From: Eledone cirrhosa
Lineage: Eukaryota
Assembly: GCA_964016885.1 (NCBI GenBank)
Contig: OZ024740.1
Span: 64,170,001-64,234,000 of the forward strand
Direction of reading: 5' to 3'
DNA length: 64,000 nucleotides
A program made the translations under genes and the position numbers. Below are positions 1 to 17,700 of this stretch, in pieces. The notes below the pieces were generated by a model. It did no database searches, was not told the DNA's origin, and saw only the letters and a list, made by a program, of their open reading frames with translations. Positions within the stretch are counted from its first letter, which is position 1. Each line of letters begins with the position of its first letter.

Positions 1-20
1 TCGCGGCGGCCTCAGTCTAG
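1..20 (+). mobile_element. Probable Helitron 3' terminus (rest lies outside the window)
   Basis: GC-rich half-hairpin tcgcggcggc, then CTAG at 17-20 followed by T; same layout as the terminus at 1714-1741. Confidence 0.4.
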
Positions 21-603
21 TATTTATCCAACATTTCGACAGCATGTAGAAACTGACTAAATATACCATCAACCATACACAATTAGTTGTAAAATTAAAC
101 TTAGAAGAAATGCGCACATACCGTAATTATATCTCTACCATGGTTTCTTCCTTATTTTAGACATCCAAATAATAGGAATGTCCTGAGCTAGGATTCACCA
201 GGAGACAAACTCAAAATCAGACATCTAGTTTTTCAATCCAATCCCGCCAAAATTAGATTAAAAAATGGCTAAAAATCGCTATGTGGCTGTGTTCAAGCCA
301 GAGAGAAAGAATGTGATTGGTTGCTTACGGCGGGTAGGCTTGTTGCTAGAAAGCGCAGCCAAATATCGTCAAATTTAATCTCAACCTATTGGGAGATTAT
401 TAAATATAAAGGTTAACATATACATAAAGTTATGGATATATATATGTTGCAACTGTTCACTTTTAAGCTCTATGAAGAATTAATAAATAAAAAAATTAAA
501 AAAACAGAGCATTATATCATAAATCATGTCTTTAGAATCATCAGATAATAAAATATATACTATTTCTTCTTCTAATTAGCATAATTAACCATATAAAAAA
601 TCA

Positions 604-648
<45 letters not shown>

Positions 649-656
<8 letters not shown>

Positions 657-817
657 AAAGGTTTGGTAGAAATATCCAAGGGTAAGAGCACTCAGTCCAT
701 AGGACGATAGTATAAATAATTACAACATGTATCTTTATTTTAATTTTTCTTATGACAAGTTGAATGAGTGGGGGCCAGAACCTAACGAGACTTAAGTACC
801 TGTTTATGTCACTGTGG

Positions 818-822
<5 letters not shown>
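649..822 (-). mobile_element. Short insert in (TA)n, probable Penelope-like 3' terminus (mini-element A)
   Basis: (TA)n on both sides; shares aatatcc..ggta(a)gagcactcagtccatRggacga with the element at 58858. Confidence 0.5.
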
Positions 823-892
<70 letters not shown>

Positions 893-954
893 ACAGCTAT
901 ATACACATATATATATATAGATATCCACAGATATCTACACACATCCACATATAT

Positions 955-987
<33 letters not shown>

Positions 988-1156
988 GTTTGTGTGTATG
1001 TGTGTGTGTGTGTGTATATACATCTCTATATGTATAACATTCTTTGTCTGTCTGTTCCTATGCATTCTCCAACGGCTGGACCAAATCAAATTTTACAAGG
1101 TAATAGTATTTTATTTTCATTTGGATTAAAACAATATAACATTTTATCTAAAATAA

Positions 1157-1740
1157 TCTTTCTATAGTCATAGTGAACTATAGTAAACCACCACCACCAC
1201 GACTACGTCACATTTTGTATATGAGTGTGTATGTGTCTGTGAGTGTGTGTGTGTGTTTGCGAGTTCGTTACGTATGTTAGACATCCGAGAATTAAACACA
1301 CACACATATATAGCCTTAGTAAGTTGCATACACATTATCTTCACACACAGACAATTAAACACACACACACATCTACACATATAGATACATATGTGGTGAC
1401 AGATATGTAATAGGTGTGCGTGAATGTATGTCTGTGTGTGTCTGTCTTAGTATATGTATGTGAGTGTATGTGAGAGTGTATGTGTGTGAGTGTGCTGCAA
1501 CAATTTATTCATTTGGACACCAACAAAAAATTACAAAATGAACATCGTTTACCCTAATGTGCTTCAAGATCGACAGATTTTCATTCATAAATACTATTAT
1601 CATTACAATTTTGATACTTTTTCATAAAATATATTGATATTTTGAAATAATTATGAGAAGAAAAACTTATCTTCATATTTATTGTTTACTAATCTGAATA
1701 AGAACAGCAGTAACCCGGGCAACGCCGGGTAATTCAGCTA

Positions 1741-1741
<1 letters not shown>
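1157..1741 (+). mobile_element. Non-autonomous Helitron
   Basis: 3' hairpin cccgggcaacgccggg (1714-1729), 8 nt spacer, CTAG (1738-1741) then T. The 5' A|TC start at 1157 is tentative. Confidence 0.6.
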
Positions 1742-1782
<41 letters not shown>

Positions 1783-1783
1783 A

Positions 1784-1926
<143 letters not shown>

Positions 1927-2177
1927 CTGTCTGTCTAAATATCTACCTTCACAGGAAGAAGATAGTTTAGAAGTAGGAGGCTGTCAAAAGACCAATAAAG
2001 ATAGGATGTGTGAGTGACAGTAGAAATAATAAAATGAAAAGTGAGTGGAAGTATCATCAAAGAAGAGCGTGTGATAGTGACAGTGTGTAGGTTGAATTTC
2101 ACAGTGTGAGACAGGTTGGAGCGGCGGTGAAAGCGAATAATATAGTAAATATCTGAAATAAATATTAGAGAAGAAAG

Positions 2178-2245
2178 AAAAATCCATCTACTCTTTAAAA
2201 ACACTCTATAGTTATAGAGTGTTTTTCAAGAGTAAATGGATTTTT
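2178..2245. repeat. Near-perfect palindrome, 33-bp arms, 2-nt loop
   Basis: aaaaatccatctactctttaaaaacactctata-gt-tatagagtgtttttcaagagtaaatggattttt; 2 mismatches. Confidence 0.9.
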
Positions 2246-3379
2246 AATTATAATTAACAAAACTGTTGTCATATTTTTTGATAACATAGTTATACTCTCA
2301 TTGTTATGTTAGGTATGGCATCTCTAAACCTTCTGCAATCTCGGACCTCAATATATCATTCAGTTACTGGTTTTTGATGATTTTAGTTATTTAAACCCAG
2401 GCCAGTATCGATTTAGTTGACCTATGTTGTTAGTCTTTCCAACAGCAAGAAACTCATGTTTTAGTTTTAGGAATGGAGTATCCTGGGTTGCATTGTGTGA
2501 TATATCTTGTGTAATATGTAATATTCATTTTATTAAAGCGTACCCGTCAACATAATATTACAAATAGAAAGACAAGAAAAAGAAAGAAAAACGAAAGGAA
2601 AAAGAAAAGAGAAAAAGAAAGAAAAAACACGCAAGCAGGTAACACATACATCTAGGACCACATGCAACAAAAGGTGAAAGGTGTGGACAAACGAACCGCT
2701 ACCATAGCAAAATATAACAATATCGCGAGGAGCACTGGGAAACCTCCGTTATAATTTTTGAGGCAAGCCAACACGTTCGCAGCGTACCTCGGATGATGGC
2801 GACACTGATGCACTTGAACAGCCAAGCGCCCTCACGAACATTACTAGTTACTTCTGTTATTATAGTTCTTAATTTATTACATTTTCGAGAAAGGCGAGTA
2901 ATCGTATATAGAATTCTTCGTTGATTAGTCTGATGCCGGTTGTAAGATCAAGCGGCAGTTTTTAGGCAAAGACGTAGCTTTTTCATTTGGATGGTAATTA
3001 ATAGTGGAATAGCATGACAGCTCTTATTCCAAAGTTCACTTTGAAATATAATTTAAATGATCTGCTATGGCGTTTCAGATTCATGTTTGACGAAGGACAA
3101 ATAACACAAATGAAAAAAGACAGTGTTGAGCAAATATCAATACAAGTAGAAATATAAATATAAAACGATTACATTTCGAATTCATGTCGTATTTCAGCTC
3201 CATAGTAGCAGAAGCAGCAGCAACAACAGCAGCAGTAGTAGTAGTGGTAGTAGTAGTAGAGGTAGTAGTGGTAGTATTGCAGCTCCATAGTGGAAATAGA
3301 AGAAATAAATAGAATGAAAAAGCAAAGGAAAAACAAATTCAAAGAAAGAGAAACGCCAGGAATGCGAAAAAATAAAGTG

Positions 3380-3419
<40 letters not shown>

Positions 3420-3512
3420 ATACACACTCATACACACATACACACACATACACATACTTATACACACACCCATACACACATACACACACACACCACACAT
3501 TCATACACACAG

Positions 3513-3546
<34 letters not shown>

Positions 3547-3787
3547 CTTAAAATGGAGTAGGAATAAGAAGAAAGCAAGGATGGTGGTGGTGGTGGTGGT
3601 GGGGGGGGGGGGGAGTTTTCCTCATCAGTTGTCTACTGGGGATTTCGGATATTTCTACGCTTTAAATATATATAAATATATATATATATAGAGAGAGAGA
3701 TAGAGAGAGAGAGAGGAAGAGAGATAGATAGAGATAGAGAGAGTGTGTGTGTGTGTGTGAGAGACAGAGAGAGGGAGAGAGAGAGAT

Positions 3788-3820
<33 letters not shown>

Positions 3821-3866
3821 AAGATAGATAGATATAGAGAGTCTCTGTGTGTGTGTGTGTGAGAGA

Positions 3867-3934
<68 letters not shown>

Positions 3935-4394
3935 AGAAGATATAGAGATTGCAATTACTTCTGATTAAATTAATATCACGTCATTTGATTCAATTAAATT
4001 CTGAAATTAAATGATCAATTATAACATAACGGACAAATAGATTTCGAAAGTAGAATATCCTGTACTAGCTCGGTACATGATTTGATCAGAAAATGTGTGA
4101 TGGGACTAAAATAATGATTACATCGTATAGAGTCAGAATTATTCTTTTACGTAATCGTACGAATGGCTGTTAAAATATATAAACATACAAATTAATATAT
4201 AAGAATATGTGTGTGTGTGTGTAAAGTAAAATATCAACCTATTATTGTATGGTCCTGTAAGTCTTGATGGAATCTCAATGACGCTGTAATGACATTTTTA
4301 ACGTGGAGTACAGTCGATTTCTTCCACAGTAGGAGAGAGAGAGAGAGAGACATAGAGAGACAGAAAGAGACATATATAGATATATATATATATA

Positions 4395-4535
4395 TAGGAA
4401 AATATTAACCCCATCGAAACGGCTTGAGCTCTGCTGTCGGGGTTAAACATTTTCCTATTACCCACTCTACTACCCTAAGTATTGAGTACTTTGGTGCGTT
4501 ATAGTCCATCTGTTTCCTTAATACACTTCCTTCGT
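4395..4535 (+). mobile_element. Penelope-like 3' terminus with inverted 5' arm and hammerhead stem III remnant (mini-element B)
   Basis: In (TA)n; inverted arms 4395-4412/4439-4457; GAAA-cggct-tgagctc-tgctg-TC-gggg; homologous to 51336-51520. Confidence 0.6.
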
Positions 4536-4557
4536 TATATATATATATATATATATA

Positions 4558-5127
4558 TTGGAGACGAACGGGTACCCTACCTCGATCACAGACAGAATAG
4601 GAGACACCAGACGCAAGAGACAGAGAAGCACCCAAGGCAAGTGCTTCCTTAAAATACCACACCTGGGCGAGAAAACCACCAACGCTATCCGCAAGGCTAT
4701 ACGGAGGGAGGGCCTCGACATCCACCTGGCCCACTCGGGCCCCTCCCTTCGAAGATGCCTCTCCAGGAAAACCGAAAAGTCTACTGACGCATGCTCCCTC
4801 AGAGACTGCCCGATACGCCATGCTAACTGTTGCCTACGCACATACGTCGTGTATAAGATAGAATGTGACAGGTGCAACCAATACTACATAGGTAGCACAA
4901 TTCGACCTTTGCACATCCGGATCAAGGAACACATTAAAACCAGGGCCTCGTCTTTCCGGAAACACATAGACAAATGTGGAAACAAAGACAGAAGGCCCAT
5001 TGTCACAATTCTAGCGACTGAAAGAAACGTCGGCACGTTACGTATTAAGGAAGGGCTTCTTATCAAACGACTACAACCGCAAATAAACAACCGATTAGAG
5101 AGAAGCGAAATTAAATGGCTGGTCTAA
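4558..5127 (+). pseudogene. Penelope-like RT C-terminal linker plus GIY-YIG endonuclease (fragment)
   Basis: NGYP start, Cys-rich linker, VVYKIECDRCNQYYIGST, RIKEH, LRIKEGLLIKRLQPQIN; no RT core. Confidence 0.9.
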
Positions 5128-5515
5128 GTTAACAAGCGATGCAACAACACACAACACACACACACACACACACACGCAAACGAGACAACTACACACACAC
5201 ACACAGAGTAGCATTCCACCATACGAACATACTACACTGCCAATACAGATGAACAAGGCAACTACACACGCACACACACACACACACACACACTCAAGCG
5301 AGACAACAACACACGCACACACACACACAGTAACATTTAACAAGCAGGCAGAGAATGGACTGACAGCTAGCGCCATCCCACTCCCTCATTCGACCGACCC
5401 CATTTCACGCGCACGCGCGCTCGACCGAATACCTCAGATATTCAAATCAACAAACAGTGAAAGACGCGTTCCGAATTGTCCGGCAGACAACCTTTTCCCC
5501 CACCCCGGAAAAAAA

Positions 5516-5552
5516 CCCCCAGTTGATGGATGTGAATCCGAAATATATAGGG
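5516..5552 (+). ncRNA. Degenerate minimal type I hammerhead ribozyme motif
   Basis: ccc-CAGTTGA-t-ggat-gtga-atcc-GAAA-tata-TA-ggg: stems I and II pair, loop III is palindromic, core has two changes from CUGAUGA. Confidence 0.55.
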
Positions 5553-5827
5553 ACTATTAAATCTCTCCCAAGGTAACTCTCTCTCCTGTGTTGTTATTAT
5601 TATTTTTACCCTTTCACTCTTCCCTTCATTCTACACATCTCACACATCTTATACACACCACGCATCTCAACGTACACCCACTTACATATCTCTCTCTCCT
5701 CCACCGGACCCTGTTACCCGGAGATTTACCCATTTGCATTGTCGAGGCTTCCAAACGACTTATAAATATTTACTTATTGTTCCACAATGCTTCAAGCAAA
5801 CTTCAATACTCTCTTATATATATATAT

Positions 5828-5912
5828 GTTTATCCCGGGTTCAATCGGAGGTAACCACAGTAAGGTACTCAATACATAGCAGAGTATATTCTAGTCCCGT
5901 AGAAGCCATTTC
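5828..5912 (-). mobile_element. Short insert in (TA)n, probable Penelope-like 3' terminus (mini-element E)
   Basis: TA runs on both sides; carries gtactcaatac, shared with mini-element B (one mismatch in C). Confidence 0.45.
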
Positions 5913-5920
5913 TATATATA

Positions 5921-11716
<5,796 letters not shown>

Positions 11717-11776
11717 TATATATATATAGAGAGAGAGGGGATGTGAGAAAGAGATATATAGGAAGATTGTAGTATA

Positions 11777-11885
11777 GTACTGGAATGCTACTTTTTATCT
11801 ACCAGGAAGGGATGAAAGGCAAAGTTGACCTCGGCGTGTTCTGGACTCAGAGCTCAGAGGCCGTAACGAATACTGCAAAGCCTTT
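11777..11885 (-). mobile_element. SINE fragment
   Basis: ggatgaaaggcaaagttgacctcggcg core shared with the copy at 12468. Confidence 0.75.
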
Positions 11886-12299
11886 TATATAACATATTAT
11901 CATGAAAGTGACAGTATACCTAATGAAGTGTGCATGAGAATTTTAATTGGAAATATTTATATGGTGAAGAAAAGACAACGTGTAGTCAATGACTAAAGTA
12001 ATATCATTCATTCAGCTAATGTTGTTTTTCTCTTACTGTGTAAATATTTCTAATTAGATTTTGGGGGTATCATTGCATTATGTATGTTAACACTAGTTTA
12101 ACCTTTGAGTGAGCGCTAGCCATCTGTGAACACTATTAATTTTGAAATTTTGAGGGGCGGTAATATGGCAGAATTAGTACCGCGCTAAATATATTTGAAC
12201 CTTTTAGTTATGTTTCAAATCTCGATGAAGTTCTCTTAAGCTTCGAACTTTCTGAGATCGTTCTGGAACTAACAAAAAAAACTGGGACCAGTCTAATAA

Positions 12300-12455
12300 A
12301 CATGCTTTGACGCATAGAGTTACGTCCCTTGCCATTCTGAGTTCAAATCCCGCCGAGGTTAACTTTGCCTTTCATCCTCACGGGGTCGATAAAATAAAGT
12401 ACCAGTAATGCACTGGGTAATTGCTGGCCTTGTGCCTAAAGTAGAAACAATTATT
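12300..12455 (+). mobile_element. tRNA-derived SINE, 5'-truncated
   Basis: B-box-like gagttcaaatcc, central ctttcatcc..ggggtcgataaaataaagtacc, tail ccttgtgcctaaagtagaaacaattatt. Confidence 0.85.
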
Positions 12456-12467
12456 TTTGGTAGTTAT

Positions 12468-12655
12468 GGCGGTGGATTGGCAGTATCGGTAGAGGGTCGG
12501 ACGCCATGCTTTCCAGCATAGTTACGTCCCTTTACGATCTGAGTTCAAATCCCACCGAGGTTGACTTTGCCTTTCATCCTTACGGGGTCGATAAAATAAA
12601 GTACCAGTAATGCACTGGGTAATTGCTGGCCTTGTGCCTAAAGTAGAAACAATTA
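12468..12655 (+). mobile_element. Full-length tRNA-derived SINE with target-site duplication
   Basis: A-box-like tggcagtatcgg, B-box-like gagttcaaatcc; direct repeat ttatttttggtagttatg at 12451-12468 and 12653-12670. Central domain resembles Meta/MESC-type SINEs (from recollection). Confidence 0.9.
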
Positions 12656-14384
12656 TTTTTGGTAGTTATGAGATTAGTGTTGTGAAAATCTCAGGAAATT
12701 ATAGTTATTTTTCGTGGAGTAGAGTGCTACTCTTGTTAGAATAAGTAATAGTGTATATTAAAATTTACGACACCAATAGATATCATCATTCTTGCGTATA
12801 CTAGAGACTCTAGAATTAATACATTTCGAAGCCTTTTATAAATTCCATTTATATTTAGCATTCTGTTTACGAAGTTAACAAACAGTCTCATTTTCTTTTC
12901 TTTTTCTTCATCGTAGCAAACAACTAACAATTTACAAACACTACTACTTCGACAAAAGCCACCCTATTTAATCGTTGATTTCACCTTCCAAACCATATAT
13001 ATGTGTTTAGATCTACCACCACAGGAAATAAAATTAGCAAGAACCAAGTTACATTACCATTGTCTTCTTGAGAAACAACAACAAAAAAGAAACTATAAGA
13101 TGAAGAAAAAACAAGAACGGAAAACAAACACACAGAATGTGTAAAATCAATAATCTATTTCTAGATTTGAACTGCACATTAAGTTCGATGATTTCCACTT
13201 TTCTCACTGTTTGTCCCGTTTTAAAATTCAATTTAGTTTTGCGTTATTTTTCCTTTTGTCTACTTCGTTTTCTTTGTTTCATAGTTTTTGGTCATTCAAA
13301 CTTTATGCAAAGAGCATTACAAAGGTGTTTTAATTATTCACAGTTAATTAATTAATAACGTCTAACAGCATCATCACCACCACCATCAGCAACATCACAT
13401 CCATAATTAAAATCTTCATTATCATTGATATCAGATCTTCCACCACTACCACCATCATTTAAGTAAAAAAAAGGGGGACTTATACGTTGTGGTTTGTCCG
13501 ATGAGGGATGGCAACCAAATTTGCCTCAACTACAACCTACCGTCTTAAAAAAGACACATGTCAAAATACTGACTTGAGTTCTCTGGAAACGGCATGGTCT
13601 TGTTGTTGTTGTTGTTACAGCTCACACCTATGCAGTTTTAGCTGGCCTTCGACAAGGTATATCTCGTTGGAGGTGTATTGGGTGATTTAATGATAGCGAC
13701 CCCAGGGTCTTGAATGGAATAGATTTGATTATGCCTCTATGCTTTGGATGTATCAATTCTACTTCTGGGATCACGATTCTACAACAGAGTCTTCGTTGCA
13801 GTAGCTATTACCACAAGCCTATCATGTCTACTCCCTCCAACAAAGCTGTCATCGCGTTCACTATTACTTCTTACAAATTCTAGTGCATCACCTTCACTGC
13901 TGGCGAGGTTTTGCTCATTATGGACGTAACCAATATTTTTGTGTAGCAGAAGTATTTTACTACCGAGTAAAAATTCTTATATTTGAATGAATTTTCAATG
14001 TGAGAAACATTCAAATTTTGCTAAAGACGCCCAGTTTCGTGCTCGAAGAGTGTCCTTCGACACAAATATAATTTAATTCCCTGCATGGGAATACATGGCA
14101 TAACTTATACATGGCATAACTTATATTCACTCATATTTCCATGGGCTATACCGATAAGATAGAAAGGTGTCGAACTTGACTTGGTAGTAGAATAAATCTG
14201 ATACCTAACAAATGTTAGGGGTCATTCATACCATGCAAAACCTTTTATTGAACTTTAAATGACAAAAGTACTTTATACACACACATATACACACTAATCC
14301 AAACACGCGTTTATACACACACACATACACAGTTATACAGTTATACGAGCATACCAATATATATATATATATATATATTGGTAT

Positions 14385-14431
<47 letters not shown>

Positions 14432-14647
14432 TATATATTTTATATATATATATATATATGTGTGTGTTGACATTACTCATTCAAGGAATGAACTTTTATC
14501 GAACAAAACCTGTCTCAGAGTGTTAACCAAGTGTATATATATATGTTTGAACATACATCTGCTAGATTCAGATTATTGTATCCAGAGGGTGTGTACGCCT
14601 AAACTTTGCTGACAAGCATGATTTTCATTTCAGCATTATGTGTATCA

Positions 14648-14710
<63 letters not shown>

Positions 14711-14713
<3 letters not shown>

Positions 14714-17700
14714 CTTGAATCTCAGTCATTGATGTTGGTTAACTGGAAAGTCCGTTGGATTGAATATCAAGCCACTACCTGCAGCCTCAGATATTCAGGA
14801 CGTATCGGAGGGTTCTTGCCGTTCCAAGCAAGCATGCCTTTTGAAGCGTTCCAAAAAGCGTGAAGGGGCCGATTTTCTTTAACCATCCCTGGAAACCTTT
14901 GGAGATAGTCCCCAGTGCGCCTATGACAATCGGGATCACTTTGACTTCATGGCAGTTCCAAATCCTTTTCACCTCCCACTTTAGGTCCTGGTATCGGTTA
15001 ATTTTCTCCCTCTCCTTCTCTTGCACTCTCGTGTCGAACGGGCAGGCCACATCCACAATCAGGCACGATCTTTCTTCTTTGTCCACAACCACCAGGTCAG
15101 GTCTATTGTGTTCCAGTTTTTTGTCCGTCTGTATCCTAAAATCCCACAGCACCTTCACCTGACTGTTCTCCATCACCGCCTCTGGCCTATGCTCATACCA
15201 TTTCTCAGAATGTGGTAGATTGTTTACTTTGCACAGGTGCCAGTGGATCACCCTGCCCATCACATCGTGTCTCCAGCCCTTATAGTGGGTCTGGGCTAGG
15301 TGTTTACACTCGGACACAATGTGAGCCACAGTCTCCTCTCTCTCTCCACAGATCCTGCACAGTGGGCTAGCCTCCTCCTTGTAGATATGGTGCTTCAACC
15401 ACCTCGTTTTGAGGGCCTGCTCCTGCGCAGCCATTAGCATTCCTTCTGTAGCCTTTTTGAGGTCTCCTCTTCTCAACCAGTTCCATGTCTGTGGATCTCT
15501 AAATTCAGTTTTCTCAAAGAAGGTACTATGAAGGGATTTTCCCTTAAGGCTGCTCTTCCTCCTTGATGTTATTTCCTCCTTGGGTATCCCCTGGCCTACT
15601 CTCCCCTCCTTCAGTACAGCTCTGAGCATTGGCTCCTTACTATAGGTCACGTATTTGTATAGGTTGTTTTTCTCCATCTGAACACAGTCCTCTATGCTGA
15701 TAAGACCTCTTCCACCCTCAGATCTCCTTAGGTAGAGTCTATCGACATCACTCCTCTTGTGGAACATGTTGTAGATAGTCAATAGCTTCCTAGTCTTCCT
15801 ATCCATTTCTTTTTGTTCAGCAACATTCCATCTCAGAATTCCCGCACTGTACCTAATAATAGACACAGCTCGGGAATTTACTGCGCTTATGGCATTTCTG
15901 CTGTTCAGATGTGACTTCAATACGCTCCTTACTCTCCGAATGTATTCAGTTCTTAACAATTCCTTCATTTTTTTGTTCTTTATGCCATCAGCCTCCAGAA
16001 CGCCCAAATACTTGTATCCTTCCTCAGAGTCAATTTCCTTTATCATCTCACCTGTTGGTATCTGGATCCCGTTACTTCTGCTCAACCTACCCCTCCTCAT
16101 CACAATGACTCCACATTTACCAATACCAAACTGCATACATATATCACTGCTGAAAATACGGACAGTGTCAACAAGCACATCCAACTCCTTCTCACTTTTC
16201 CCGAAGAGCTTAAGATCGTCCATGAAGAGGAGGTGATTGATGGTAAGCTCTCCCCTTCCCAACTTGTATCCTGCTCTCACTTTTCGCAGCATAATGGTCA
16301 AGGGCATCAGGGCAAGGACAAACAACAGAGGGGACAGGCTATCTCCCTGGAAGATACCTCTCTTGATCTTCACGCTTCCCAAGGATACTCCAGTTGATGT
16401 CAACTCTGTCTCCCAGGACCCCATACTCCTGCCCAGCAACTCTCTGATGTTATCTGCCACCCTGAAGATCTCCAGGCTTTTGGTGATCCAGGAATGAGGC
16501 ACCATGTCAAATGCCTTTCTGTAGTCTATCCATCCCATGGCAAGATCAGTGTGTCTCCTCCTGCAATTCCCCATTACCATCTTATCAATAAGCAACTGGT
16601 CCTTTGTACCACGTGACTTCTTTCGGCATCCTTTCTGTTCGTCCGGCAACAAGTTGTTTGTGTGGAGGTGATGGTAGATTTCCTCAGACACAATGCTCGT
16701 CAACAGTTTCCACATTACGGGCAGACATGTGATAGGTCTATAGTTGGTAACATCATTACCCTTGATTCGGTCTTTCATTATCAGAACTGTGGTACCTTTT
16801 GTCAACCACTCTGGCACCTCACCCGACACCAAGCAGTCATTGAACATGGCCGTCAGCTTCGGGTGGAGGGATGTTAAATGTTTAATCCAATACCCCTGCA
16901 CACCATCTGGGCCTGGTGATTTCCAGTTGGTTAGTTTTTTGGCTTGCCCCTTAAGAGTTTCAACTGTGATACTCAAATCAGTCTGTTGCTGTGCCTGCTC
17001 ACCGATCTCCCTCTGTACTGTCTCAATCCACCCTGCCTGGGCATTGTGTCTAACATCCTGCTCCCATATTCCTCTCCAGAATGTTTTAGCTTGTTCCGCC
17101 CCAGGGATCAAGTCGGTGCCTCTTTCTTTCCCCTCAAGCTGTCCAAACAGCATCTTCTGGTTGTTGTCGAACATGCGGTTCTGTTTATACTGACTGACTC
17201 TGTTCTCGTATCGCCTGATTTTGGCACTCTTTGCTACAATGCGTTGCTTCAATTCCTCTATGATAATATTTAGCTTTTTACTCCTAGTTTTGTATTTTAT
17301 TTCCAGTCTATTTTTAGTGCCTATGTTTTTTAGTGTCCCATTCAGTAGTGACTCAAGCTTTCCTATGTCATTTCTCATTTCCCCGATTTGCCCACTCAGT
17401 CGCTTCTTCCACCACGGCTCTGCTCTTTCTTGTCTGTTGTTTCCTCTCGCTTTTATACCAAGTAGTTTCCTCACCGTATTTGCTGTTGCTTTGAGGATAT
17501 TGTTGCACTGGTGAAGACTCCTCGCCTCAAGGTATGGGATGACTTTGTTTACCTTAGCTGTTGTTTCTTTTAACTTTTTCCTGTCTACAAATCTTAGGTT
17601 CATAGGTCTCCCACTATCATTGTTCAACTCATCTACCACTAAATTTAGGATGTCAACCGAATCTTGTCCTAGCCCGTCAGCATTCATCTCCTCAGTGGCC

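Larger units (their letters stand above)
4558..5813 (+). mobile_element. 5'-truncated Penelope-like element (GIY-YIG end plus 3' UTR)
   Basis: GIY-YIG ORF followed by a CA-rich UTR and hammerhead-like motif; (TA)n on both sides. Confidence 0.85.

Noticed and set aside
12468-12560. tRNA gene
   Set aside because: A- and B-box-like motifs are present but no cloverleaf; it is the SINE head.
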